Below are positions 50,758 to 63,045 of a DNA stretch of 64,000 bases, in pieces. Location of the stretch: NCBI RefSeq assembly GCF_963921235.1, contig NC_086097.1, positions 250,172,001-250,236,000 on the forward strand. Reading direction: 5' to 3'. Each line of letters begins with the position of its first letter. Within the stretch, counting starts at the first letter, position 1. The notes beneath the pieces are model-generated. The model was not told where the DNA came from, made no database searches, and saw nothing but the letters and a program-made list of their open reading frames with translations. The DNA is from Mobula hypostoma. Its lineage: Eukaryota. The position numbers were made by a program, and so were the translations under genes.

Positions 50758-52914
50758 CGATTGCTCTTGCCAAATTTTTCTGCATAAGTGGTTTGCCATT
50801 GCCTTCTTTTGGGTAGTGTCCTTACATGGTGGGTGAGCCCAGCCATTATCAATACACTTCAGAGATTGTCTACCTGGCGTCAGTGGTCACATAACCAGGA
50901 CATGATCTGCACCGGCTGCCCGTACGACCATCCACCACCTGGTTCTTTGGCTTCATGTGCCTCTGATCGGGGGTGGGGGGGGTGGAGAGGGGCTAAGCTG
51001 GTGCCACACCTTGCCCGAGGGTGATCTGCAGGCTAGCGGAGGGAAGGAGCACCTTGTATCTCCTGTGTATCTCAACCCCGTCATCCTCTTGCTCAGGAAT
51101 CTAGGCAAATTCCCCAGGTCTTTGAATTATATCATGGGATCTACTACATCGGAGACAGCAAATGGGTCTCAGTCTAGTGTCTCATGCGAACGAAGGCATC
51201 TCTGATGATCCAGTGCTGATATGTCAGCTGACAGTGGTGTTGGAAACCATGGATAGAAATGATCAATTACACCCACTCTCTCCATCCAGCAGTCTCACTT
51301 TGACCTGCTTTGGGGCACAGCTGGTTGCCTTTGAACACTCCTCTAGAAGGGCAAATGCATCAAGCAGAAAGGAGTGCTGTTAAGACCATAAGACCGAGAA
51401 GGAGAATTAGGCCATTCAGCCCGTTGAGGATACTGCACCATTTAATCATGGCTGATGTTGCTTTTTGTCCTCAATCCTATTCTCCAGCCTCTTGCCTCTG
51501 GCGTCAGGTCCCTGGACAGTTCATACACACAACCTTATTTTTTATATATTATTGAAATTTATAGTAATTTTAATGTATTACACTGTATTGCATAAATCAT
51601 AGAACATTACAGCACAGTACAGGCCCTTTGGCCCATAATGTGCTGATCATTAAACCTACTCTACGATCAGTCAAACCCTTCCCTCCATGTAACTCTCCAT
51701 TTTTCTATCATTCATGTGCCTTTTCAAGAGCTTCTTGCACGCCCCTAATGTATCTGCCTCTACCACCACCCCGACAGGGTGTTCCACACTTTCACCACTC
51801 TCTGACATCCACCTTTATATTTTCCTCCAATCATAGACTCATAAAAAAGTACAATGGACAAACAGGACCTTCATCCCATCTAGTCCATGCCAAGCCACCT
51901 AAACTGCCCACTTCCGTGGTCCAGACCCCTACCATCCTTGTACCTATCCAAACTTCTCTTAAATGTTGCAATCAAACCACTACTTACGCTGGCAGTTCAT
52001 TCCACACTCACACCACCCTCTGAGTGAAATTCCCTCTCAGTTTCCCCTTAAATATTTCACCTTTCACCCTTAACCCATGTCCTTTCATTCCAGTCAGTGG
52101 AAAAAGTCTGCTTGCATTTACCCCTCATAATTTTGCATACCTCTATCAAATCTCCTCTCAGCCTTCTATGTTCCAAGGAGTACAGTCCTAACCTATTCAA
52201 TCTTTCCTTATAACTCAGGTCCCCCAGACCCAGCAACATCCTTGTAGGTTTTCTCTGTACTCTTTCAACCATATTTACATCCTTCCTGTCGGTAGGTGAC
52301 CAGAACTGCATACAACAGCCCCAATTAGGCTTCACCAATGTCTTGTACAATTTCGACATAACTTCCCATCTCCTGTACTCAATAAACACACATCAAAGTT
52401 GCTTGAATTTCCAGCATCTGCAGAATTCCTCCTGTACTCAATACATAGATTTAAGAAGGCCAATGTGCCGAAAGCTTTCTTTATATGACCCTGTCTACCT
52501 GTGATGCCACTTTCATCCTAAAATTATATTGACAAGACATAGGAGCAGAAGTCGGCCAGTCAGCCCACCAAGTCTTCTCCACCATTCAACCATGATGTCA
52601 TTATGAGGAGAATTGTCCTGATCTATCCCCACCCCTGTCAGGGCATCCCACACACCCACCACTCTCTGCATAAAGCACCTACCTCTGACATCCCCCTTAT
52701 ACCTTCCTCCAATCTTCAAATCTGTTGCCTACTCTGAGTTGTATGTCAGTAGAAGACAACAGATTCTCTTGGAATCCACTTATGCTTTTAATGCAGTGTT
52801 GATCTGGTGAGACACAAGGCCACAGCAACCGGAACCAGGAAACATAGAGTACAGAACATTATGGTACATTTCATTCCCTTCAGCCCACAATATTGTGCCG
52901 ACCTTCTAATCTAT

Positions 52915-53710
52915 TTTTTGGCAGAAAAAATAAACGGGCAGACTATTATTTAAATGGGGAGAGAATTCAAAGTTCTGAAATGCAATGGGACTTGGGAGTC
53001 CTCGTACAGGATACCCTTAAGGTTAACCTCCAGGTTGAGTCAGTAGTGAAGAAGGCGAATGCAATGTTAGCATTCATTTCTAGAGGAATAGAGTATAGGA
53101 GCAGGGATGTGATGTTGAGGATTTATAAGGCGCTGGTGAGACCTCACTTGGAGTATTGTGGGCAGTTTTGGTCTCCTTATTTAAGAAAGGATGTGCTGAC
53201 GTTGGAGAGGGTACAGAGAAGATGCACTAGAATGATTCCGGGAATGAGAGGGTTAACATATGAGGAACGTTTGTCCGCTCTTGGACTGTATTCCTTGGAG
53301 TTTAGAAGAATGAGGGGAGACCTCATAGAAACATTTTGAATGTTGAAAGGCATGGACAGAGTGGATGTGGCAAAGTTGTTTCCCATGATGGGGGAGTCTA
53401 GTATGAGAGGGCATGACTTAAGGATTGAAGGGCGCCCATTCAGAACTGAAATGCGAAGAAATTTTTTTAGTCAGAGGGTGGTAAATCTATGGAATTTGTT
53501 GCCACGGGCAGCAGTGGAGGCCAAGTCATTGGGTGTATTTAAGGCAGAGATTGATAGGTATCTGAGTAGCCAGGGCATCAAAGGTTATGGTGAGAAGGCA
53601 GGGGAGTGGGACTAAATGGCAGAATGGATCAGCTCATGATAAAATGGCAGAGCAGACTCAATGGACTGAATGGCCGACTTCTGCTCCTTTGTCTTATGGT
53701 CTTATGGTCT
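52915..53710 (+). mobile_element. Young CR1 3' portion
   Basis: DLGVLVQDTLK, RPHLEYCGQFWSP, FFSQRVVNLWNLLP. Tail (CTTATGGT)2. Confidence 0.9.
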
Positions 53711-54456
53711 ATTAACCCTTCCCTTCAACATAGCCCTCCATTTTTCTATCATCCATGTACCAATCAATGTACTGTTGTCACAAAACAAACCTCATGACAT
53801 ACAATACGTCACTGATAATAAACGTGATTCAGATTCTGTTCATCATAACCCTCGTACTAATCAAAAACCTATCAATTTGCCTCAAATGCACCCAGTGACT
53901 TGGCATTCACGGCCCTCTGTGACAACGAATTCCACAGATTCAGCACCTTCTGGCTAAGAGGTTGCCCCCAAGTTCCTCTGAAGCTGTAGTGTGTACCAAT
54001 GAGCAATGGACATTTCATGGAGTTGTTTCATCATAAGGCTGGGACTTGCTACCTTGGATATGCCTTTGGCACATGGGCATTAACAGACTGAGATGGCATC
54101 CACCACGTGCTAACCTTCCCTTCTTCCAAAATTGAATGAATATACATGATACAACACCGGGGATCGGGTTTGACTCCTGCTGCTATCTGTAAGGAGTTTG
54201 TACATTCCCCCCGTAACTCTGTGGGCTTCCTCTGGTTCCCTCCCACGTTCCCACGACGTATGGGTTAGAGTTGGTGAGTTGTTGATGCTGGAAGCATGGC
54301 GGCTCCTGTGGGTTATCCAGCACAATCCCTGCTTGTTTGATACAAATGACTTGTCTCACTGTTTGCTTCAATCTCTTTAACTTTTAATCTTGCTATTTTA
54401 GCTGTTTATGTTTTCCTAAACGATGATGTCTAATTCCTTATCTTGCACCTTGTTAG

Positions 54457-54512
54457 ATCTGGGTAACAACTGAGAATCAAGGAGTAAAGCCTGGTACCTT
54501 TTTCTGGCCTGT
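54457..54512 (+). CDS. ENPP2: ENPP2 exon 9
   Basis: ttgttag|...CCTGT|gtaagt, 56 nt. Encodes IWVTTENQGVKPGTFFWP(V). Confidence 0.95.
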
Positions 54513-54599
54513 GTAAGTAGAAGCTTGTATTCGTTCTCTTTTATTGACGTGCCAAGGTGTTTTAATTGAAATTGTTTGATAATACGTGGCTTCGCCATA

Positions 54600-55290
54600 G
54601 AGGAAGTTCAGTGCACCAGATTTCTGAGAGTTCACATCACAGATGAACTCACCTGGTCCCTTAATATCACCTTCCTGAACAAGAAGGCACAGCAATGCCT
54701 TCACTAGAGGCAGGTGAGGCTTCCCTCCCCCACCATCTTATCTGAATTTGACAGGAGCACTATTGGGAGTGTCCTGAGAAGTTGCATCTCCATCTGGTAT
54801 GGGAGCAGCCGAGCATTGGACCAGAAGTCCCTACAAAGGACTGTGAGAACAGCTGAGAGGATCATCGAGGTGTCCCTACCATCTGTCGAGGACATTTATC
54901 AGGATCACTCCGTCCACAGGGCCCGTAGTATTGCTAAGAATCCCACCCATCCATCCAACATCCTCTTTGACTTTCTACCATCAGGCAGGAGACTACAATG
55001 TATAAAAACAAGAACGGTCAGGATGAGAGGTAGTTTCTTCCCCCAGGCCATTAGACTTCTGAACTTTAGGTCGCAGTGTATTTAAACCGTCACTGGTTAA
55101 TCTGTTCTATAACTGACGATACTTAAATAAACAAAGTAAAGTGCATAAATTATGTGTAATTCATCTGTAGACTTTATCTTTACTTTCCAAAGTTATTGTG
55201 TGTTATTTATGTTGTGTACTACTGTGCTTTACACCCAGACCTGGAGAAACGTCTCGTTTGGTCGTATACATGTATATATTAAAGGACAAT
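54600..55290 (+). mobile_element. Rex1/Babar 3' fragment
   Basis: SVLRSCISIWYGS...LPSGRR...SFFPQAIRLLN. Confidence 0.82.
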
Positions 55291-55910
55291 AACCCTAATT
55301 TAACTTGAAGACTTAATCCATGAATCCCCCAATTAAATAAAATTGAGACGTAATATGTGAATGCATTTCATATTTTTGTCAATTTAATAGCATCGGTAGA
55401 TTATATATATATTTTTAAAGTTTTCTTAGTGTGTTTTGTGTTCACTTTTTCTTAAGTTATTATAATCTGTAGTTGGCATTTACTGACCCTCTTGTTTCTT
55501 GAATTTTTAAGCTTTATGTTTGCCTGAATTTGCAGCCTGCCCTGTTTTCACATATTTCAAGAACTTAAAGTCATAAAACACTACAGCACAGACACAGGCC
55601 CTTCAGCCCATCTAGTCCATACTGAACTATTATTCTGCCTAGTCCCATCTGCCCGCACTGAACTAAATTTCTCCATATCGTTCCCGTCCATGTACTTAAT
55701 TTTGCAATCAAATCCACACACACTTCCACTCATTCCACCTTTGCACCACCCTCAGAGTGAGGAAGTTCCCCTTGATCATTTCACCTTTCACCTGTAACCC
55801 ATGGCCTCTAGTTCTAGTGTAACCCGACCTCAATGGAAAAAGCCTGCTTACATTCCTATTTATACCCTTCATAATTTTGTATACCTCTATCAAATCTTTC
55901 ATCAATCTTC

Positions 55911-56131
55911 AAAGTTGCTGGTGAACGCAGCAGGCTAGGCAGCATGTCTAGGAAGAGGTACAGTCGACGTTTCAGGCCGAGACCCTTCGTCAGGAAGGGT
56001 CCTGACGAAGGGTCTCGGCCTGAAACGTTGACTGTACCTCTTCCTAGAGATGCTTCCTGGCCTGCTGCGTTCACCAGCAACTTTGATGTGTGTTGCTTGA
56101 ATTTCCAGCATCTGCAGAATTCCTGTTGTTC
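55911..56131. mobile_element. Penelope-repeat fold-back insertion with two opposed hammerhead motifs and a 12-bp TSD
   Basis: 86-bp arms 55910-55995 and 56000-56085. TSD TCATCAATCTTC at 55899-55910 and 56132-56143, inside a CR1 fragment. Confidence 0.85.
55998..56033 (+). ncRNA. Minimal hammerhead motif on the ENPP2 sense strand (intron 9)
   Basis: GGTC-CTGACGA-A-GGGTCTCGGCCT-GAAACGTT/GACT. Predicted cut after 56029. Confidence 0.65.
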
Positions 56132-56337
56132 TCATCAATCTTCGATGCTTCAGGGATTAAAGTCCTAACCGATTCATCCTTTCCCTAATGTAGGACCTCA
56201 AGTCCTGGCAACATCTTGTAAATTTTCTCTGCACTGGAAGTTTTGCAGAACTGTCCAGGAAGTGGGAACATTATGTTAACAGTCTGCTCTGACATTTTTC
56301 TGCCACAGCATTGCTTCCGGTATAAGAATATCCCCCT

Positions 56338-56400
56338 GTATGGTTTGCACACAGGACCGTATGGTTTACACACGGGACTGTATGGTTTGCACACGGGACT
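56338..56400. repeat. 21-bp minisatellite x3
   Basis: GTATGGTTT[G/A]CACAC[A/G]GGAC[C/T], three times. Confidence 0.9.
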
Positions 56401-57218
56401 TTCAGGTGACATCAGTAGATGTGTCTTGTTAGCTGGTACCACCTTTGGTTTGCCCTACCTATCATCGTTGTCATCACTCTGTGTCCTTCACATGACTCCG
56501 ATCGGGGGGGGGGCGCGATTGTCCCTCTTTGTCCAAGGGTGACCTTGTAGGCTAGCAGAGGGAAGGAGTGCTTTACACCTCCTTTGGTAGAGACGTATCT
56601 CCACTTTGCCGCTATGGGAGGGGTGCCATGGTAGCGCAGTGGATGGCACAACACTTTACGTACCAACAACCTGGCTTCAGTTCCAGGGTGGGAGGTGGGA
56701 GCCCTGGTTTCCTCTCACTGTCCAAAGATGTACAGATTGGTCATTGTAAATTATCCTGTGATTACGCTGGGATTAAGTTGGGTGATTGCTGGGCGGTGCG
56801 TCTCGAAGTGCCGGAAGGGTCTGTTCCACGCTAAATCTTAATAAATATACCCCTCATAATTTTGTATACTCTATCAGACCTCCCCTCAATTCTCCTACGC
56901 TCCGGAGAATAAAGTCCTAACCTATTCAACTTTTCCCGATAATTCAGGTCCTCAAGTCGCAGCAACATCCTTGCAAATTTTCTCTGTACTCTTCAATTGT
57001 ATTGATATCCTTCCTGTAGATAGTTGACTAGAACTGCGCCCAATATTCCAAATTTGCTCATATGTCACAGTTTACATTGAATAAACATGGCTATTCTTCT
57101 GTGAGTTTAATATCTGGTTGTAAATGGAAGCCTGATAACCTGATATTTGTTTCCAGCAATTGATTTCAACGTTAGTTTTTGGCCTTTATTAATTCACTCG
57201 TATCTTTACTGTTTACAG

Positions 57219-57284
57219 TGTTATTCCTCACGAGCAACGGGTGTTTACAATACTCCAGTGGCTGAATTTACCGGACAACCAAAG
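57219..57284 (+). CDS. ENPP2: ENPP2 exon 10 (last exon found; gene runs off the window)
   Basis: tttacag|...CAAAG|gtgcat, 66 nt. Encodes VIPHEQRVFTILQWLNLPDNQ(R). The FFWP-VVIPHE junction lacks the ENPP1/3 insertion loop, which is diagnostic of ENPP2. Confidence 0.95.
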
Positions 57285-59198
57285 GTGCATGTTTAATCAG
57301 TAGATAGCACTATAAAATTAACAATGTTTAACAGCTTGAAAAAGTTGGTAAAGAAAATAAGATAATATAATTTCTGTCGTGTGTTTAAGGCTGCTTTATC
57401 TGTATACCAAAATATGAAAACAAAACTAGTAAGAGATGATCTGATGTTAGATCTAGTAAAGGTCAATAACCAGAGCAGATCAAAGAACTAACCATTTTGG
57501 AGCATTACTCAGTAGTGACCATAATAAAGTTAGGTTTCAGATGGTACTAGCAAATGTCGTAAGAATAATCCTGAATAATTTAAATGAATAGAGAAAAGCT
57601 AATTTGGAAATGCTGAGAATGGAACTTGGGAAGACAAAATGGAAACAGTATTAGCTACCACACCAAAAGTTGACTTTTTAAAAAATGGTGCTGAAAATCT
57701 TATGTTCTATGAAATGTAAACGTGGTGACTTTTTGTAAATGTGGCTGAGTATTTGGGAACTATTGATGGTGGGAGTCCATGATGAGAGAGAATGTGATTG
57801 GTAGTGTTGTGGTTAGTATAATGCTGTACAGTGCAAGTGATTGGAAGATCAAGGTTGCAATTCCCACTGCTGTCTATAAGGGGTTTGACAATTTCCCTAA
57901 GACTGCGTGGATATCTTCCAAGTGATCGGCTTTCCGCCGACGTTCCAAAAAACGCACGGATTAGGTTTGTAAGTTGTGGGCATGTTATGTTGGCGCTGGA
58001 AGCATGGCAACACTTGTGGGCCATCCCAGCGCAGTGCTTTATACATTTATTTATCGAGGTACAGTGCAGAACAGGCCTCCCAGCTCTTCGAGCTGCTCCA
58101 CCCAGCAATCCCCTGACTTAACCCTAGCCTAATCACAGGACAATTTACCTTGACCAATTAACTTACCAACCCTCAAGTTTCTGGACTGTAGGAAGAAACT
58201 GGAGCACCAAGACGAAACCCACTACGATACCATGTTGGACTGTGTTGATCGTTGACAGAAGGGGAAAAAAACCTATGCATTTCACTGTATGTTTTGTTGT
58301 ACATGTGACGAGCTAATCTTAAAATGTTCTTCTCAAAGAACAGTTAGGAAACCAGTGAGGAAATCTGAAATTTATCATTAAGGAGCATCAAACAAAATGG
58401 TATTTGAACAATGAAGAAAGGTTTAGAAAGGAATTCAGTCTTTAGACAAAAGAGAATACTAAATAGATAATGACTGAGATATTAAATTGCTATTATTTGG
58501 CTAATTAATGGGAAGAAAATGGAATGTTTACTCTCTGTAAACATCCTTGAAACGGACGAAAAACGTCAAAGTGTAAGAACCCCAAAGCCTGCTGCCCCCC
58601 TCCCTCCCATGCAGCAAGCAGCATCAACCCTCCCCTCTCCCCCTCCCCCTCTAATTCTAGCATAAAGTATCAGCATTCCCACCACCCACCATGCCAGCAA
58701 CAGCACAGAGAAAAGAGGCATTAAATAATCTAATCAAATTCAGAGGTTTGATATCCTGGTCCAGATGTATTGAATCCATATAAGAATCTAGAGAGGGGAT
58801 AACAGTTACTACTGCACGTTTATTAGTTATTTGTTAGAAAGAGGTATAGTGCCAGCAGAATGATGAGTAACTTGATACTCAAATTTAAGAAATGATGGAA
58901 TAGCTTCTAAAGGAGAGCATAAAACTTCTCGGAGAAAATAACAACACGAATAGCAAGGCCCCTGAAACAGGCGCTCTTGTATAACGTACCTTATTGAACT
59001 TTTTTGGAAGCGATCACAGAGGAAGCAAATAATAATGCAGTGCTAGAACCTTGTTCAGATTTTACAACACCCTCCAATAAAGAACCTCACGATAATCAGA
59101 TATTTAGGGCGATGGATGAAGAGGGAGAGAATCCAGTGAATGTTGGATTTTCATCGGTTGCCCCCAACGAGTTGTTGAGGCTGATGGGATGGGAGTGA

Positions 59199-59704
59199 TA
59201 CACTGAATGGCTACTTTATTGCGTACCCCTGCTCGTTAATGCAAATATATGTCAGCCAATCACATGGTAGCAACTCAGTGCAGAAAAGCATGCAGACATG
59301 GTCAAGAGGTTCAGTTGTTCAGACCGAACATCAGAATGGGAATGAAATGTGATCTAAGTGACTTTGATCATGGAATGATTGTTGGTGCCAGACGGGGTGG
59401 TTTGAGTATCTGGGGAAACTGCTGACCTCCTGGGATCTTCATGCACAACAGTCTCTAGAGTTTACAGAGAATGGTGTGAAAAGCTAAAAAAAAAATCCAG
59501 TGAGCAGCAGTTCTGTGGGTGAGAATGCGTTGTTAATGAGAGATGTCAGAGGAGAATGGCCAGACTGGTTCAGGCTGCCAGGAATGCAACAGTAACTTAA
59601 ATAACCAGCCGTTACAACAGTGGTGTGTCAAAGACTATGAACGCACACTCAGTGGTTGCTTTATTGGATACAGGAGATAATAAATAAAGTGGCCACCGGG
59701 TGTA
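59199..59704 (+). mobile_element. Tc1 deletion derivative with transposase N-terminal HTH remnant
   Basis: TA-CACTGAATGGCTACTTTATT ... AATAAAGTGGCCACCGGGTG-TA. Encodes CDLSDFDHGMIVGARRGGLSI, then (frameshift) ETADLLG...TTVSRVYREW. Confidence 0.85.
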
Positions 59705-60889
59705 CCCAGGATTGTTTAACAGAAAATCAATAAGCAGAAATTGTGTTCCTTTTCCAGAATACTTTTATCTCCCAGTTTTGTACAATCCAAAATAAATTTA
59801 ACCCTGTATGTCTGTTGGTGCTTATTTCCTGGTGATGCCAGATTTGGGCTCCCTATTGATGGAAAAATACTCTTAGCCTGGAAGTGCATTCTTGCAGTGG
59901 CGGTAGTTCGGAAAAGGTTCACGGTGTTGGTGCAGGCATGAAGAAATAAGGAAAGCTATCAAAATTTGCTCCGTACACCTGAGAAATGACGGCTGATTTT
60001 GTTGAAACAGAACATTCTGGGGGAGTTTGACCGGGTACATGGTGAGGGGAAGTGTACCCCTTGTGAGGATTGGAACTGGACTTGGTGGTAAGAGGTTATT
60101 TGAGACACCTGCCATTGGGAACATTTAATAGGTAGTGGGAGCTTATCCCCGCTACTACCCTTAGTTATAACAATCTCAAGGAAATTTGAAGAACAAAGGG
60201 CTTAGTGTTACAATGAAAGCTCATTTGATGAAGAGGGTGAGGAATTCCTGTTCTAGAATGCCATTGACCTTCTGATGTCTCTGTCCTAGATCACTGTTAA
60301 GGCAGAATCATTATCCATTCAAGGTTGCGATAGATTGTTTGGTCTTTCTGATAGGGAAACAGAGCTGGGCCAAGACCTTACTAAACAGTGGAACAGTTCA
60401 AGAGGTCAGTTAACCTTGAATTTTAGATTGCTCTTGAATCCAGGGCCTTGATGGATCTCTCTTGTTATTTTCTAACCTGTTCAAAGCTTAGCTTACAGTA
60501 GGTGTCAGCACATTTGGTCCCAGTTAACAGGATAGGTGCCCATTCCAGGAATTCATTGAAACATATACAATTGCCTTGCTTGGAAAGTGTGGGACTATAG
60601 CTGTTCGCATGAGTCGTATGTTGGGGAATGAAGTTCAGAGAAGTTTCTTGGTATTGCAAGTTCTTTTCAAATAAACCCTTCTCAGGCTTCCAACTGGGTG
60701 CAAGTATCAATTATAACCGACATTTCAATAACAAGTGTAATCGAAATGTCAGTTAAAATTGATACCTGTACCCAGCTGGAAGTCCAAGAAGAGTTTATTC
60801 ATCATATATGCCAGGAAAGCACTTGATCCTTTTCCAAGTGTTTTCCGATCATAAACACAAGAGATTCTGCAGATAAATAGTTCAGGACA

Positions 60890-61280
60890 ATATGAAAGAT
60901 TGAATAAGTTAGGACTTTATTCCTTGGAATGTATAAGAACAAGGGGAGATTTCCTGGAGGTATACAAAATTATGAGGGGTATAGATGCAAGCAGGCTTTT
61001 TCCACTGAGGTTAGGTGGGACTACAACCAAAAGGTCATGGGTTAGGGGTGAAAGGTGAGAAGTATAAAGGCAACATGAAGGGAAACTTCCTCACCCAGAG
61101 GGCCGTGGGAGTGTAGAACGAGCTGCCAGCGCAAGTGGTGCATGCAAACTAGATTTCAATGTTTAAGAGAAGTTTGGATAGGGACATGGATGGTAGGGGT
61201 ATGGTCTGGGTGCAGGTTAACGGGAATAGTCAGTTCAAATGGACCTAATGGGCCAAAGGGCCTGTTTCTGTGCTGTGTTC
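60890..61280 (+). mobile_element. CR1 3' end
   Basis: Homologous to 12900-13310. Confidence 0.75.
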
Positions 61281-61309
61281 CTTTCGAACGTTATGATAGG
61301 AATCCAAAG

Positions 61310-61650
61310 CGATGCACACAGAATGCTGGAAGAACTCAGCAGGTCAGGTAATGAATAAACAATTGATGTTTTGAGCTGAGACCCTTCTTCTGGACTGGAA
61401 AGGAAGGGGCAGGATGCCAGAATGAAAAGGTGGGGGGAGGGGAGGAAGGATAACTCGAAGGTGATAGGTGAGGCCAGGTGAGTGGGAAAGGTAAAGGACT
61501 GGAGGAGAAAGAGTCTGATAGGAGAGGAGAGTGGACCATGGGAGAGAGGGAAGGAGGAGGGGCACCAGGGGGAGGTGATGGGCAGGTGAGGAGAAAAGAT
61601 CAGAGGTCAGAGAGGGGAATAGAAGGGGGGGGGTGAAATTACCAGAAGAA
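61310..61650 (-). mobile_element. Penelope-like 3' repeat, decayed
   Basis: Homologous to 15390-15730 and 46670-47030. Confidence 0.7.
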
Positions 61651-61699
61651 TTTCAAGCAACACACATAATTTCAACTTTTTTGTCCATGCTGTAATGAG

Positions 61700-62480
61700 G
61701 TGAGGAGCTGACTGATTTTGGTGATATACAAACTGAGCTGTGAGCCGCTGTTTCATAGCTCTGTTCATTATTCTTTCCATCTCTTCATTCATGATCGCGA
61801 GCAGACAATGAGGTGATAATTGGCTGGCGCACACAAAATGCTGGAGGAGCTCAGCAAATCAGACAGCATCTATGGAGAGGTATAAACGGCTGATATTTAA
61901 ATTGACTGTTTACTCCTCTCCATAGATGCTGCCTGACCTGCTGAGTTCCTCCAGCATTTTATGTGCGTTTCTCTGGATTTCCAGCATCTGCAGAATCTCT
62001 CGTTGATAATTGGCTGGCATTGGATTTGTGCTTCCTGTGAACAGGACACACCTGAACAATTTTTCCACCTGGTTGGGTAGATGCCAGTGTTGTAGCTGTA
62101 CTGTAACAACTTGGCGAAGGGCACAACTACTTCTGGATCACAAATCTTCAGTACTATTGTCAGGGTCCCGAGCTGCCTGTCCAGTGACTCTGGGATTTCA
62201 TGGTATCACATGGAGTTAATTCAATTGACTCGAAGACTGGCATCAGTCATGCTGAGGACCACGGAGTGAGTGCTGGGAGGAGACAGAGATGAGTAATCTT
62301 GGCTAAGCCTTCAGCACTTTTTCCGATATGCTCATCTCTCCCATCGTTGTGAATAGGGACATTTGTGGAGCCCCCTCAGGGGAGGTGTTTCATTGTCATT
62401 AACATTCGCTGCTGGATGTGGCAGGGTCTGCAGAGCTCAGATCTGGTCCGTTGTTTCTGGAACCACTTTGCGCTGCCGGG
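61700..62480 (-). mobile_element. Old LINE RT fragment (CR1/L2 superclade) split by a Penelope fold-back at 61829-62003
   Basis: PFAKLLQYSYNTGIYPTRWK...ANY. 15-bp TSD TGATAATTGGCTGGC. Confidence 0.6.
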
Positions 62481-62974
62481 TGCCCGCCGTGCCTCTTAAT
62501 GCCCAGTTTTGCAATTGGTTTATTGTTGTCACATGTACCATGATTCAGTGAAAAGCTGTCCTGAACACCGTTCGTACAGATCAGATCATCACACAGTGTA
62601 TTGAGGTAGAACAAGGTAAAACAATAACAGAATGCGGAATAAAGCTGCAGAGAACGTGCAGTGCAGATAATCGATAAAGTGCCAGATCGTATCGAGGTAG
62701 ATTGTGAGGCCAAGAGTCCATCTTGTCATACAGGAGGTCCGTTCAAGAGGACAGTGGGCTGGAAGTTGTCCTTAAGCCTGGTGGTACGTACTTCCTGGGT
62801 TTTTGTATCTTCTGTCCGGTGAGCGAAGGGGGAAGAGGGAACGTCCAAGCTGGGTGGGAATCTGAATAAGCTGGATGCTTTCCTGAGGGAGCAGTCTAGT
62901 TTATCATCACTCACAGAAGTCATGAAATTTGTTGTATTTTTGTGGCAGCTGTATAGTACAATACATAAAATTAC

Positions 62975-63045
62975 TACAGTCCTGTGCAAAAGTCTTAGGC
63001 ACACTGGCTATATATATGAGTCTCAGGCTTTTGCACAGTACTGTA
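62975..63045. mobile_element. 71-bp Tc1-type mini-MITE
   Basis: TA-CAGTCCTGTGCAAAAGTCTTAGGC...GGCTTTTGCACAGTACTG-TA. Confidence 0.75.

Noticed and set aside
56338..56400. Short repeats as a CRISPR-like array or coding repeat (LHTGPYG)
   Set aside because: Head-to-tail minisatellite without spacers, in eukaryotic intronic DNA, with no splice support.
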